Source: Spirochaetota bacterium (GTDB taxonomy: Bacteria > Spirochaetota > UBA4802 > JAFGDQ01). From it: a stretch of DNA of 64,000 nt. The first letter of the stretch is position 1, and each line of letters begins with the position of its first letter. Of the stretch, positions 21,101 through 30,689 are shown piece by piece. The notes below the pieces were generated by a model. It was given only the letters and a program-made list of their open reading frames with translations, made no database searches and was not told the origin of the DNA. Both the position numbers and the translations under genes were made by a program. The stretch lies in assembly GCA_043803405.1 (NCBI GenBank), contig JAZDKB010000019.1, forward strand, positions 96,001 to 160,000, read 5' to 3'.

Positions 21101-21207
21101 GAATATATATATATATAACCGAGTAATATAAAACTAATTAAAGAGTTAAAAAGAACAATTCTTCTCTGGGAAACATCGGAATAGCTGAATTCGCTTAATA
21201 AAGTCAT
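18187..21207 (-). CDS. Large membrane protein: multi-TM region + degenerate spermidine-synthase-like domain + TPR repeats
   Basis: Many TM helices, then YKVIADIP..FSDEYY..L..EGIFVQ pattern and several C-terminal TPRs. Confidence 0.65.
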   Translation of the reverse strand: MTLLSEFSYSDVSQRRIVLFNSLISFILLGYIYIYSSITLNYYFLYQPVLQIIFISACAGIFCGNLLAKILFKKFNNYKQIYLITEIIFIVSCLIFTYSKFITPGNYNPLLYLFSKNWFYAALPLFVISVFAGIKINYFLKIACGDFIDNKKAAMPFLLFLLSGTAAGFALSMILTYSNAHLFSGILPVAILPTAFLIKLSYNPAPIYAQEMKEKNNIPVQIKDNYKRDDLFFIYLNFTYILIYIFLGFTSIVKYFGDFIHVKIIFIIITFLSIALGIILARIIKQAFWYIYAEMLYPVFFIITLLCLISFKNGITFYAAVFIFIPVSVILGFSLFRTINYILLNNNHQNRFTIIDFSILILPAPILISLNFINFTYFWFFILLYIVALMNIFIPGIYLMQTSIKAYKKLLFFILSLIVIPLLILMHLYFGIPLNSKFFISYAAGFDGLNHINYNSQYIDNEVSVYTSGIPSFSAEDPSIRNMKRSIAPILLYINSKNWNEVLFIDGNQKFFKNPIISLFKNAICLDYLPDRMTDFKRLPIAGDQNYILENSEIITHLNKVKSPYKVIADIPNLFDQAVNAFRFSDEYYKIISNHLSAEGIFVQIVASNCRKSFLVSASNSLKKSFKKTICFYFPNYFVFMSANNIKTLEISQNNINNFREVFDSKNELKNIFYNEFHLLSHILFTELDDLLVYTSKDGINLSPFPRDSEKFIMDKNMIAGFYDNHSNFLNLVDKTNMNIYFYYSMQNQLSENRYFLPEVKKAELFEANKEYENEALQLINLKRQSEYKADLRKYIWDILSYKENYYFNAAQKFEKEKKWEDARKLYKAILTINKNNFEANYRLGILSIILQDIDSSFEYLQYAMILKKDDPKVFYQMGFLLFSSGRHREALIYFEKALELKEKTASLFYHIGLCHEELNNLPGALNYYSQAIILDPNDKNIISSIERVKEKTNQKQGETIDNEQNNSTEVEQGEDMPLPVTENAKTVRIEEDKAGPNKSKKDEKK

Positions 21208-21573
21208 GTGTTAAAATCTCCGGCATTTGTAATTTACTTAAAATGCCTTACGCAGCAATAATTAAATAATTATTCGCTAGGTCTGTTTTAAAGTTATTGT
21301 CTCAATCTGCTTGGCGAGATTAATTTTATTGCTTCATATATTGAAGCTAATCCTGTTTGGATACGTTATAACTTTATTCTATTTTTAGAAAAAATCAAAT
21401 AAATTACAACCTTTTTTTATAATTTGAACAATACTCAATTTAATTTATTTTTAATAATTGTAAATGTTGACATAGTAACTTAATTAAGATAATGTTAAAG
21501 TTAGCAGAATATTCTTATAAGTATATCTGTGAGTAATTCAATTATTAATAAAAAATAGAAAAGGGAATTTTTC

Positions 21574-22887
21574 ATGAAGACAATTATTAAAAATCTTGGC
21601 GATTGTAAAATAGATTCTCCACTCATCAATATGTTCCCTTCAGGGAAATCATTCTTTGTCCCGGATGAACAGCGTATCAGATATAACTGTTACATGAAAA
21701 ATATTTCAGATGAAAATAAACAAAATATAGTTAGTTTTGAAGCTGCAGGACCACGGGAAAAAATTTTTTTTGATCCGTCAAAAGTTTGCCCGGCAATTGT
21801 TACCTGCGGAGGATTAAGCCCGGGGCTTAATAATGTGATAAGATCAATTGTTATGGAATCTCATTACCGTTATGGAGTTAAGTCCATAACGGGTATACGC
21901 TATGGTTACAGCGGTCTTAATCCTAAGAATAACTTGAATCTGGTACAGCTTACACCTCAATTTGTCAGAGAAATCCATGTTAAAGGCGGAACCATTCTGG
22001 GATCCTCGCGTGGAGGTGTTGAAGATATGGAGCTTCTCGTGAAACGGTTAGAAGAACTTGGGATTAACCTTCTTTATACTATAGGCGGTGATGGAACAAT
22101 GAGAGGCGCGCATAAAATCGCTGAAATTATTCAAAAACGTGGAAGTAAAATTTCAATAATTGGTGTGCCAAAGACAATTGATAATGACATAAGCTATATA
22201 CAGAGGACTTTCGGTTTTGAAAGCGCCGTTTCCACTGCCGTTGACGCTATTTATTCCGCGCATGTTGAGGCAGATGGTGCACAAAACGGCATTGGGCTGG
22301 TTAAGCTGATGGGGAGGAATTCCGGATTTATCGCTGCAAACGCAACCCTTGCAATGAATGACGTGAATTTTTTGCTGGTTCCCGAAGTCCGGTTTGATCT
22401 TTACGGGCAAAACGGATTTCTTTCTCATCTTGAAGAAAGGCTTAGAAACCGCGGACATGCAGTTATTTGCGTGGCTGAGGGAGCCGGGCAGGAATTGCTT
22501 GAGGATAGTTCCAGCAAAATGTATGACGCGTCCGGCAACCCCGTGCTCGAAGATATCGGCAATTATCTTAAAACGAAAATTAATGATTATTTTAAAAATA
22601 AAAACATAAAGATTAATTTAAAATATATTGATCCAAGCTATATGATAAGAAGTACGCCTGCAAATTCAAATGATTCAATTTTTTGCGCAATGCTTGGCCA
22701 GTTTGCGGTTCATGCAGGCATGGCCGGAAAAACGGATATGATTATAGGGATATGGAATAATATATATACGCATGTACCGATTGAACTGGTTATTTCCGAG
22801 CGTAAACAAATTGATCCGAATTCCAGATTCTGGTTCAATGTCATGGCTGCAACCGGACAGCCAATAAATATGCTGAATCCCTTGTAA
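21574..22887 (+). CDS. ATP-dependent 6-phosphofructokinase (clade X type)
   Basis: TCGGLSPGLN, GGTILGSSRG, GGDGT (Gly indicates ATP type), PKTIDND, LMGR, KYIDPSYMIRS. Confidence 0.93.
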   Translation: MKTIIKNLGDCKIDSPLINMFPSGKSFFVPDEQRIRYNCYMKNISDENKQNIVSFEAAGPREKIFFDPSKVCPAIVTCGGLSPGLNNVIRSIVMESHYRYGVKSITGIRYGYSGLNPKNNLNLVQLTPQFVREIHVKGGTILGSSRGGVEDMELLVKRLEELGINLLYTIGGDGTMRGAHKIAEIIQKRGSKISIIGVPKTIDNDISYIQRTFGFESAVSTAVDAIYSAHVEADGAQNGIGLVKLMGRNSGFIAANATLAMNDVNFLLVPEVRFDLYGQNGFLSHLEERLRNRGHAVICVAEGAGQELLEDSSSKMYDASGNPVLEDIGNYLKTKINDYFKNKNIKINLKYIDPSYMIRSTPANSNDSIFCAMLGQFAVHAGMAGKTDMIIGIWNNIYTHVPIELVISERKQIDPNSRFWFNVMAATGQPINMLNPL

Positions 22888-23012
22888 GGAATAATAAACA
22901 GGATATATTTTTTTTTACCTGGATTTGAATCTTAATGTATTAGTTTATTCGATTTACCGGATATTTTTACAGGATCAGAATTATGTGTCAGCTGTGAATT
23001 AACCTGGGAAGT

Positions 23013-24872
23013 TTAATTAGGAAGTAAATTAGCTGGTACTCTGAAATAATTGTTTTCGTTTTCTTCGGGGACATCGCTCTCGAAGGTGAAATTTTTCTCG
23101 TGAAATAGCCTGATACATGCATCTACAACCCTTGAATCGTAATGGGTATCTTTTTTTGAGGATATTTCCTCAAGAGCTTTTCTTATTCCGAGAGCCGGAC
23201 GATATGGCCTGTGTGATGAAATAGATTCAACAACGTCGGCTACCGCAAGTATTCTGCCTGCAGGTGATATTTTATATCCTTTAAGTCCACGCGGATAACC
23301 TGAGCCGTCAAGCCTTTCATGATGCTGATATACAATTTCGGCTATTTCCCATGGGAATTCTATTTTCTTTAAAATTTCATAAGCAATAACAGGATGCATT
23401 TTTACCAGGTCCAGTTCAATATTGGATAATTGACCCGGTTTACTTAATATCTCTGCCGGAATATTAACTTTCCCAAGATCGTGCAGCGTGCCTGCCATGC
23501 GGATAGCGTCAATATCATCCTTGGACAGATTGAGCTCGCAGGCGATTGCCCTGGCCAGGTTTGATACTCTCTGCTGATGCCCTACAGTATATGGGTCGCG
23601 GACTTCTACGGTAGAGACTATAGCATTTGAGATAGTGCCCATTGATTGGCGTACTTTTTCAAGATGGTTTGCCACGTATTCGTTATGTTGGTTTATTTCG
23701 TCAACACTTTTGTATATTTGATACGCCCCGATGTTTTTATTAAAATATTCTATAGGAAAATCATTTATTATAACATTTACGATGGATCCATCCTTGCATT
23801 TTCTGAACGATTCTTTTTCCAAGAAAAAGGAATCATTGTATTCATTCTGAGTATCAATCGGTAATATTAAATCATTAATAAAATTATTTTTTAGTTCTCT
23901 CTGCGAATACTTAAAAAGCTTTTCGAATTTTTTATTCGCATTGATAATTTTCGCGTTGTTGTCAAGAATAACTGCCGCATTGCGTAAGTTGTTAAACAGC
24001 TCTTTAAAATATATTTTCTGTGCTTTTAATACTTCTTCGTTTTTAATAAAATCGCTTATATCTCTTGCAATACCGTAAGTGCCTAAAAATAGTTTTTCTT
24101 TTTTTTCAGCTTGTTTATCGTAAACACCTTTGGCTTTTACTTCAACAGTTATGTATTCATCTGAATTCCCGGACGGGTTGGCATTGGCAGCTGAGTTCTT
24201 TTTTAATCTTAATCTGGTTACGTTTGGATCGCGGTTTTCAGTTCTTCTTTCATTAAATATATGCAATGCTTTGGTGATATCTTCAGGGTAAATAATTATT
24301 GAGAAGTGTTTTCTGAGTAAAAAATTATTATCATAGCCAAGCTTCTTCAGAAAAGAATCACTTATTGAAGTAAATTTGCCTTCATAATCCAGAGTATAAA
24401 TAATATCATCGCTATTTTGAAAAAAATACTGATTTCTATTTTCAGTTATTTGCATTAAATTATCGATGTTCTCAATTTCTTTTTCCAGTTTTCTTTGATT
24501 CAGCGCGTTTTCAATTCTTTTAAAAATTTCTTCTTTCCCGAACGGTTTTTTTAAATAATCATAAGCGCCGTTTTTTAAACACTCAGCAGCTTTGTCGCTT
24601 AGTTCCTCTCCTATTATAACAATTATAAGAGTCTTCGGAGCAATTTTTTTAACATAATTAATAACCTGTATAACATTCATGTCCGGAAGAACGGCATCAA
24701 GAAGCATTAAATCAAATTCATTCTCTCTTAGTTCCTTAAATGCTTCGCTTCCGCAATTTGTTAAATCAACTTTATAATTTAAATTATTTAAAAGAATTTC
24801 TAGCACATTGCTGATGCCCGGATCAATCGTTGCGATAAGGATGTTTGATAGATAATCAAATTCTTTTACCAT
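23013..24872 (-). CDS. REC-PAS-PAS-HD-GYP cyclic dinucleotide phosphodiesterase (paralog B)
   Basis: REC (LDAVLPD, KPF), PAS, RDPYTVGHQQRV, HDLGK, HHERLDGSGYP. Confidence 0.93.
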   Translation of the reverse strand: MVKEFDYLSNILIATIDPGISNVLEILLNNLNYKVDLTNCGSEAFKELRENEFDLMLLDAVLPDMNVIQVINYVKKIAPKTLIIVIIGEELSDKAAECLKNGAYDYLKKPFGKEEIFKRIENALNQRKLEKEIENIDNLMQITENRNQYFFQNSDDIIYTLDYEGKFTSISDSFLKKLGYDNNFLLRKHFSIIIYPEDITKALHIFNERRTENRDPNVTRLRLKKNSAANANPSGNSDEYITVEVKAKGVYDKQAEKKEKLFLGTYGIARDISDFIKNEEVLKAQKIYFKELFNNLRNAAVILDNNAKIINANKKFEKLFKYSQRELKNNFINDLILPIDTQNEYNDSFFLEKESFRKCKDGSIVNVIINDFPIEYFNKNIGAYQIYKSVDEINQHNEYVANHLEKVRQSMGTISNAIVSTVEVRDPYTVGHQQRVSNLARAIACELNLSKDDIDAIRMAGTLHDLGKVNIPAEILSKPGQLSNIELDLVKMHPVIAYEILKKIEFPWEIAEIVYQHHERLDGSGYPRGLKGYKISPAGRILAVADVVESISSHRPYRPALGIRKALEEISSKKDTHYDSRVVDACIRLFHEKNFTFESDVPEENENNYFRVPANLLPN

Positions 24873-24904
24873 TGTATTTTTTTCTCTGAATTATTATGCC
24901 ATGA

Positions 24905-26752
24905 CTAACGTATTAAATTTACAGTTTCATGAGTTTTTTTAATATCATCCGTGAAAGTAAACCTGTTCTCCTTAAAAAGCCTTACGCAGGCATCAACTAC
25001 TGAAGGTTCGTAATAGACGCCCTTTTTTATATTTATTTCATCCAGCGCTTTATCGATACCTAGGGCAGGCCGATAGGGACGATGTGAAGCTATGGATTCA
25101 ACTACGTCCGCAACAGTCAGTATTTTGCCGGAAAGAAGTATCTCATGGCCTTTTAGCCCCTGCGGATAACCTGACCCGTCCAGTCTTTCATGATGCTGGT
25201 AAACCATATTGGCTATAGGCCATGGGAAATCGATTTCTTTTAAAATATCGAATGCTACGCGGGGGTGCATCTTAATTAGACTGAACTCAATGTCGGATAA
25301 ACGGCCGGGCTTACTAAGTATTTCAGCCGGGATATTTATCTTGCCGAGATCGTGAAGAGTCCCGGCCATTCTGATGCCGTCGATTTCGTCTACCGGAAGA
25401 TCCATTTCCTGGGCTATAGCTCTTGCCAGATCGGCAACACGCTGCTGGTGACCTGCAGTATAGGGATCGCGCACTTCCACAGTGGATACCATTGCATTGA
25501 TGATCCCACCCATTGCCTTTCTGAGTTTTGTAAGCGTTTTCTCTATTTCCAGTTCCGAATTTTTTATCTGCGCAATGTCCTGATATATGTGACATACTGC
25601 TATAGTTTTATTATTATAACTTACAGGGTAAGCAAAAATTGAAACATTGACCTGGGTGCCGTCTTTCCGCAGTCTTATTGATTCAAATTCAACTGAACCA
25701 TTTGCGACAGCGGAAGATGATACCGATTCTGATTCTTCAATTAAATTTTTTGGAACAATCATATTATGAATTCGTTTGCTTTTTAATTCCGCTCTGGAAT
25801 AATTAAACAAATTTTCAAAACTTTTATTCACGTCTATGATCTGATCCTGGCTGTCCAGAATTACGATGGCTTCAGGGGAATTGTTGAATAATTGACGGAA
25901 GCAGACCCTTTGTAATTTAAGTGTTTCTTCCGTTTGAACCTGGCTGCTTACATCCCTTGCAATACCATGAGTGCCAAGATATACCTTTTCTTTTGAGTTA
26001 TTATCATAAACTCCGCAAGCTCTGAGTTCAACAATTGCTATGGATTTTGAATCATTTACGACTGACTCATTTTCATATTTTTTTAAACGTAATTTAATTG
26101 TCTTGGGATCTCTGTTCTCGGTCCTTCTCTCGTTAAATACATGGTCGGCTTTAATGATATCGTCATGATAAATAATTTTTGAATAATGTTTTCCTATAAG
26201 CTGTTCTTTGCCACATCCCATGATTTGTTTTGCAGATTCATTAATATATGTAAAGTTTCCATCTTTATCCAGCGCATAAATGAAATCAGGAGAGTTCTGA
26301 ACCATATGCTCGTACCGCTTTTCCAGAGCAGTAAGTTTTTCATGAGATATATTTAATTCATTTTTTAATTGAATCTGGCTTAAGGCATTTTTTATCCTGC
26401 GGGTTATTTCTTCTTTTTCAAAAGGTTTTTTTAGAAAATCATGTGCACCGTTATTCAAACACTCCGTAATATAGTCATTGGCGGCATAACCGGCTAAAAT
26501 AATAATTAAAGTCTCGGGAGAAATTTCCTTTATATAATTTATAAGCTGAAGAACATTCATCCCCGGTAGTGTAATATCAAATAGGAGTACTTCAAAATAC
26601 TTTTCCTTTAATTTTTCAATGGCTCCTTTACCGCTGTTTGTTAATTGTATTTTATAATTAAGATTTTTTAACAGCACTTCCAGGACATTGGATATTTCAG
26701 GGTCAATAGTAACAATCAGAATGTTAGGATTGTACATCCGTTTCTCGGCCAT
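24905..26752 (-). CDS. REC-PAS-PAS-HD-GYP cyclic dinucleotide phosphodiesterase (paralog A)
   Basis: Same architecture and motifs as paralog B. Likely ATG at 26752 behind GGAG. Confidence 0.93.
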   Translation of the reverse strand: MAEKRMYNPNILIVTIDPEISNVLEVLLKNLNYKIQLTNSGKGAIEKLKEKYFEVLLFDITLPGMNVLQLINYIKEISPETLIIILAGYAANDYITECLNNGAHDFLKKPFEKEEITRRIKNALSQIQLKNELNISHEKLTALEKRYEHMVQNSPDFIYALDKDGNFTYINESAKQIMGCGKEQLIGKHYSKIIYHDDIIKADHVFNERRTENRDPKTIKLRLKKYENESVVNDSKSIAIVELRACGVYDNNSKEKVYLGTHGIARDVSSQVQTEETLKLQRVCFRQLFNNSPEAIVILDSQDQIIDVNKSFENLFNYSRAELKSKRIHNMIVPKNLIEESESVSSSAVANGSVEFESIRLRKDGTQVNVSIFAYPVSYNNKTIAVCHIYQDIAQIKNSELEIEKTLTKLRKAMGGIINAMVSTVEVRDPYTAGHQQRVADLARAIAQEMDLPVDEIDGIRMAGTLHDLGKINIPAEILSKPGRLSDIEFSLIKMHPRVAFDILKEIDFPWPIANMVYQHHERLDGSGYPQGLKGHEILLSGKILTVADVVESIASHRPYRPALGIDKALDEINIKKGVYYEPSVVDACVRLFKENRFTFTDDIKKTHETVNLIR

Positions 26753-27043
26753 GTAAAATAAATCTCCATTGCAAGGGATCAAAAACAAATCCGTTTGAGA
26801 GATGGACTATTGATAATATTGTAAAGTCCGTCTAAAGAGCCTGAATTAGTTAATAAAAAAATAATTTTGGCAGATTACAATTATTGTTGAGTTATAATTC
26901 TGCTTATTTATCTTATCGAACAAATCATAAATTTTATAAATATATAATTATATGTTCGCAGACTTTTATTTTTAATATAGTTTCTTCTAATATTCTTTTA
27001 AAAATTGCCAGCCAAACCAGTTATAAAAAATAAAAAGTTTTCC

Positions 27044-27071
27044 TTGACTTTATAGTAAATCTAAATATAAT
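27044..27071 (+). promoter_or_regulatory. Putative sigma70 promoter of acyl-CoA ligase
   Basis: TTGACT-16nt-TATAAT. Confidence 0.45.
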
Positions 27072-27278
27072 TTTTTACAAAAAAACCTGCCGGTAATTTA
27101 CTTTTTTTATTGTTATTCTCAAGTCAGAATGTATAATAAGAGTGTAATTACATTATTTCTGCTTTAGTATTTAAATAAAGAACGCACACAATAAAAAGTA
27201 AAATTATAATGCTCGTACTAAGAGCTTTTAAGCAGTTAAAAATTTAGTAATAAAAAAAGTTAAATACAGGAGTCCGCA

Positions 27279-28979
27279 ATGGCAGTAAAAGGTAAAAAGA
27301 TAAGATATCAGGATAAACCGTGGTTAAAATTTTACGAAAAAGGCGTAGCGACAGAGATAAAATACGAAAAATTGACTCTGCCCGAATTTTTAGAAAGATC
27401 TGCAGCAAAGTATCCGGATAGGGAAGCTCTTAATTTCGAGGGATATACAGTCACATATAAAGAATTAAATGAAATGGTAAACCGCTTTGCAACATGCCTT
27501 ACAGATTTCGGAATAAAAAAAGGAGACAGGGTCGCTATTCTATTACCCAATATGATTCAGTGTGTTGTCAGTTATTTCGCAACATTAAGACTTGGGGCTA
27601 TTGCCGTAATGAATAATCCTTTATATTCCGACCGCGAACTTCTCCATCAGTTTAATGATTCAGGATCCGTAATTCTAATTACAATTGATCTTCTTGGAAA
27701 TCGGATGATAGATCTGAAGTCCAAATCAAAAATAAAAAAAATAATAATTGCTTCCATTGGAGATTATCTTCCTTTCCCGAAAAGTTTGCTTTTCCCGCTG
27801 GTTGCCAAAAGACAAAAGTTTGCTGCAGATGTAAAACCGGCTCCGGATGTTTATAAATGGAAAGGAATTATTACCAAATACCCGCCGAATCCACCATCAC
27901 TGCACATCGATTTAAATAGTATCGCTATGTATCAATACACCGGAGGTACAACAGGAGTGACTAAAGCCGCGATGCTTACCCACAAAAATATGAGCAGACA
28001 GGTTCAGCAAATCGGCGAGTGGTTCAAGACTTTCGTCCCTAATCATGAAATTATGCTTGGAGCATTGCCTTTTTTCCATGTATTTGGACTTACAACATCA
28101 ATGAATTTTGCGATATACGCAGGATGGGGAAATATTTTAGTCCCAAAACCTCAACCCAATGCCCTTCTTAAAGCCATACGAAAATATAAACCGACTTTTG
28201 TTCCGCTTGTTCCAACAATGTATATCGGCATATTAGAGCACCCTGCGATCGACAAAACAGATATTACTTCCATTGAAGGATGCTTCTCCGGAAGCGCCCC
28301 GCTGCCTGTGGAAGTAATAAAAGATTTTGAGGGTAGGACCGGCGGAATTATTGTGGAAGGATTTGGGCTTACCGAAGCATCGCCGGTAACACACGTTAAT
28401 CCTTTCAGAGGGAAAAGAAAGATTGGGAGCATTGGACTTCCCCTGCCCGATACAGAATGTAAAATTGTTGACCTTGATAAAGGGATAAAGGAAATGCCAG
28501 TGGGCGAGGCCGGAGAGTTAGTAGTAAAAGGCCCTCAGGTAATGAAATCTTACAGCAGGATGCAGGAAGAAACTAAGATAGCGATAAGAAACGGATGGCT
28601 ATATACCGGAGATATTGCAAAGATGGACGAGGAGGGCTATTTCTATATAGTTGACAGGAAAAAGGATATGATTATATCAGGCGGTTTTAATATATATCCC
28701 CGCGATGTCGAAGAAGTATTATACGAAAACCCAAAGGTTCTGGAAGCATGCGCTATTGGTATTCCTCACCCCAAACGCGGCGAGCAGGTTAAAGTTTTTA
28801 TTGTTTTAAAGGTAGGGCAGGCTGCTACACAGGAAGAAATGATTGCTTTTTGCAAACCTAAGCTTGCGTATTATAAGCTGCCTGCTGTAGTAGAATTCAG
28901 AAAGGATCTTCCAAAAACCAATGTTGGTAAAATTTTACGTAAGGAATTGCGCGACCAGGAACTTGCTAAGTTAAAATAA
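27279..28979 (+). CDS. fadD: Long-chain-fatty-acid-CoA ligase
   Basis: YTGGTTGVTK, EGFGLTE, GWLYTGD, DRKKDMI, LPKTNVGKI. Confidence 0.9.
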   Translation: MAVKGKKIRYQDKPWLKFYEKGVATEIKYEKLTLPEFLERSAAKYPDREALNFEGYTVTYKELNEMVNRFATCLTDFGIKKGDRVAILLPNMIQCVVSYFATLRLGAIAVMNNPLYSDRELLHQFNDSGSVILITIDLLGNRMIDLKSKSKIKKIIIASIGDYLPFPKSLLFPLVAKRQKFAADVKPAPDVYKWKGIITKYPPNPPSLHIDLNSIAMYQYTGGTTGVTKAAMLTHKNMSRQVQQIGEWFKTFVPNHEIMLGALPFFHVFGLTTSMNFAIYAGWGNILVPKPQPNALLKAIRKYKPTFVPLVPTMYIGILEHPAIDKTDITSIEGCFSGSAPLPVEVIKDFEGRTGGIIVEGFGLTEASPVTHVNPFRGKRKIGSIGLPLPDTECKIVDLDKGIKEMPVGEAGELVVKGPQVMKSYSRMQEETKIAIRNGWLYTGDIAKMDEEGYFYIVDRKKDMIISGGFNIYPRDVEEVLYENPKVLEACAIGIPHPKRGEQVKVFIVLKVGQAATQEEMIAFCKPKLAYYKLPAVVEFRKDLPKTNVGKILRKELRDQELAKLK

Positions 28980-29016
28980 AATCTATTATAAAAATATATT
29001 AATGTCTAATAACAAT

Positions 29017-29049
29017 AAAAAACCTCCCTTTTTTAAGGGAGGTTTTTTT
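29017..29049. terminator. Bidirectional rho-independent terminator
   Basis: aaaaaacctccctt-tttt-aagggaggtttttt between convergent genes. Confidence 0.88.
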
Positions 29050-29070
29050 AAATAACTATTTTAAAAAGGA

Positions 29071-30243
29071 TCATCGATTCGCAAAAATGTCGTTTTCCCA
29101 CTTGCCTTTTTTTACATTTCCGTCAAAATAACAATAATATATCCCTTCACCCTGTCTCAGTCCGTTTTGCCATTTCCCTACGTATTTGTCCCCATTTGCA
29201 TAAAACATTGTTCCTGTCCCATGCTGTTCATCATTGAACCACTCGCCTTTATAAACATTGCCGTTTGTGAATGTATAAACTCCATATCCGTTCATTTTAT
29301 CTTCTTTCCAGTTGCCTTCGTATTTGCCGCCTGCCCAACGCGATTGCTTGCCATACATAAAAGCACCCTTGCCGTGTCTTTTGCCATCCTTCCATTCTCC
29401 GGTGTAAGTATCCCCGTTAGGATAAATATAAGTAGTCCCTTTCCATTGGCCGGCAGGTTTCCCGGAAGCCAGAACATCGCCAGCAGGACGAATCAGTTCT
29501 CCTTCTTTCCATTCACCCTTGTAAATTTCACCGTTGGCATATATCATGACTCCCTGGCCGTGCTGTTCATTGTTTTTCCAGAGTCCGGTATATTTATTGC
29601 CATTAGCATAAGTATATGTACCTTTGCCTTCAATCCTGTCATAAGCCCATTGGCCGTCATATAAATCACCGTTGGAAAAATTCATTTTACCAGGTCCGTG
29701 CATTTTCCCTTCTGTCCATTGACCGATATATTTATTTCCGTTGGAGAATATATAAGTCCCCTGGCCGTGCATTAAATCATATTGCCATTGACCTATGTAT
29801 TTATTTCCTGCCCATTTTGAATTTTTATCTATAGTGAATGTGCCGTAATTCTTCCAGCCGTCTTTCCATGTTCCTTCGAATTTATTTCCGTTATAATAAT
29901 GAATAACTCCGTCTCCATCCGGAAGTCCGTTTTTCCAGTTTCCGATGTATTTATTACCGTTGGCATAGGTATATGTTCCATCGCCGTGTTTAAAACCATC
30001 CTTCCAGTATCCGCTATAAACATTGCCGACCCATTCCGAATTTTTTCCAAGAATTAAGGTCCCGTAACCATTGTGTTTATCGCTTTTCCATTCTCCTTTA
30101 TATATATCGCCGTTATGGTATATGCAGGTGCCTCTTCCATCCCGTAAGTTATTCTTGTATTCACCGATATATCTGCCGCTGCATGCCAGGGTCACAGAGA
30201 AGAACAAGGCAATCGTTGTAATTAAAGATAAATATTTTTTCAT
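29071..30243 (-). CDS. MORN-repeat lipoprotein
   Basis: Lipobox LA-C; many Y.G.W..G..HG.G......G repeats. Confidence 0.9.
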   Translation of the reverse strand: MKKYLSLITTIALFFSVTLACSGRYIGEYKNNLRDGRGTCIYHNGDIYKGEWKSDKHNGYGTLILGKNSEWVGNVYSGYWKDGFKHGDGTYTYANGNKYIGNWKNGLPDGDGVIHYYNGNKFEGTWKDGWKNYGTFTIDKNSKWAGNKYIGQWQYDLMHGQGTYIFSNGNKYIGQWTEGKMHGPGKMNFSNGDLYDGQWAYDRIEGKGTYTYANGNKYTGLWKNNEQHGQGVMIYANGEIYKGEWKEGELIRPAGDVLASGKPAGQWKGTTYIYPNGDTYTGEWKDGKRHGKGAFMYGKQSRWAGGKYEGNWKEDKMNGYGVYTFTNGNVYKGEWFNDEQHGTGTMFYANGDKYVGKWQNGLRQGEGIYYCYFDGNVKKGKWENDIFANR

Positions 30244-30474
30244 TTACTACACCTTTTAAGTAAAAGCTGTCTCTCTTTTGAGTAAAATATAAATGTTTGT
30301 TCTGTAACTGGAATAAGCAATGGAGGTCTTTGCAGCATATATTTTTATGTATTGTGGCCAATTTAAAAGTTAATTTAAAAAATTCAATTAAAAAATTATT
30401 TATTTTTAATATTTCCTATAATGTTAAACTGTAAAAAAACAGGCTTATATATTGAAAATACTCTAAATTAAATA

Positions 30475-30503
30475 TTGACGAATTAAATTTTTTTTATTAT
30501 ATT
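30475..30503 (+). promoter_or_regulatory. Putative sigma70 promoter of dnaG-rpoD
   Basis: TTGACG-17nt-TATATT. Confidence 0.5.
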
Positions 30504-30689
30504 GCAATGACAGAGTATTCTGTAAGAATGATTCAAATACATCTTCAAAGAAACCGCATCAGTTAACCCGGACTTAATATCCGGTAAATAAACTATATCA
30601 AATTGAAAAAATAAAAGTATTTGGGAGTAATAGAATACCCCGTTGGATTTTTATTCAAATTTTTATTTAAATACAAATAAGGATTAATT

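Noticed and set aside
26800..26834. c-di-GMP riboswitch upstream of the HD-GYP pair
   Set aside because: Only a single hairpin (agatggact/agtccgtct); no class I or II consensus seen.
30500..30689. rpsU or a leader peptide upstream of dnaG
   Set aside because: No S21-like ORF; only a 19-codon frame without an RBS.
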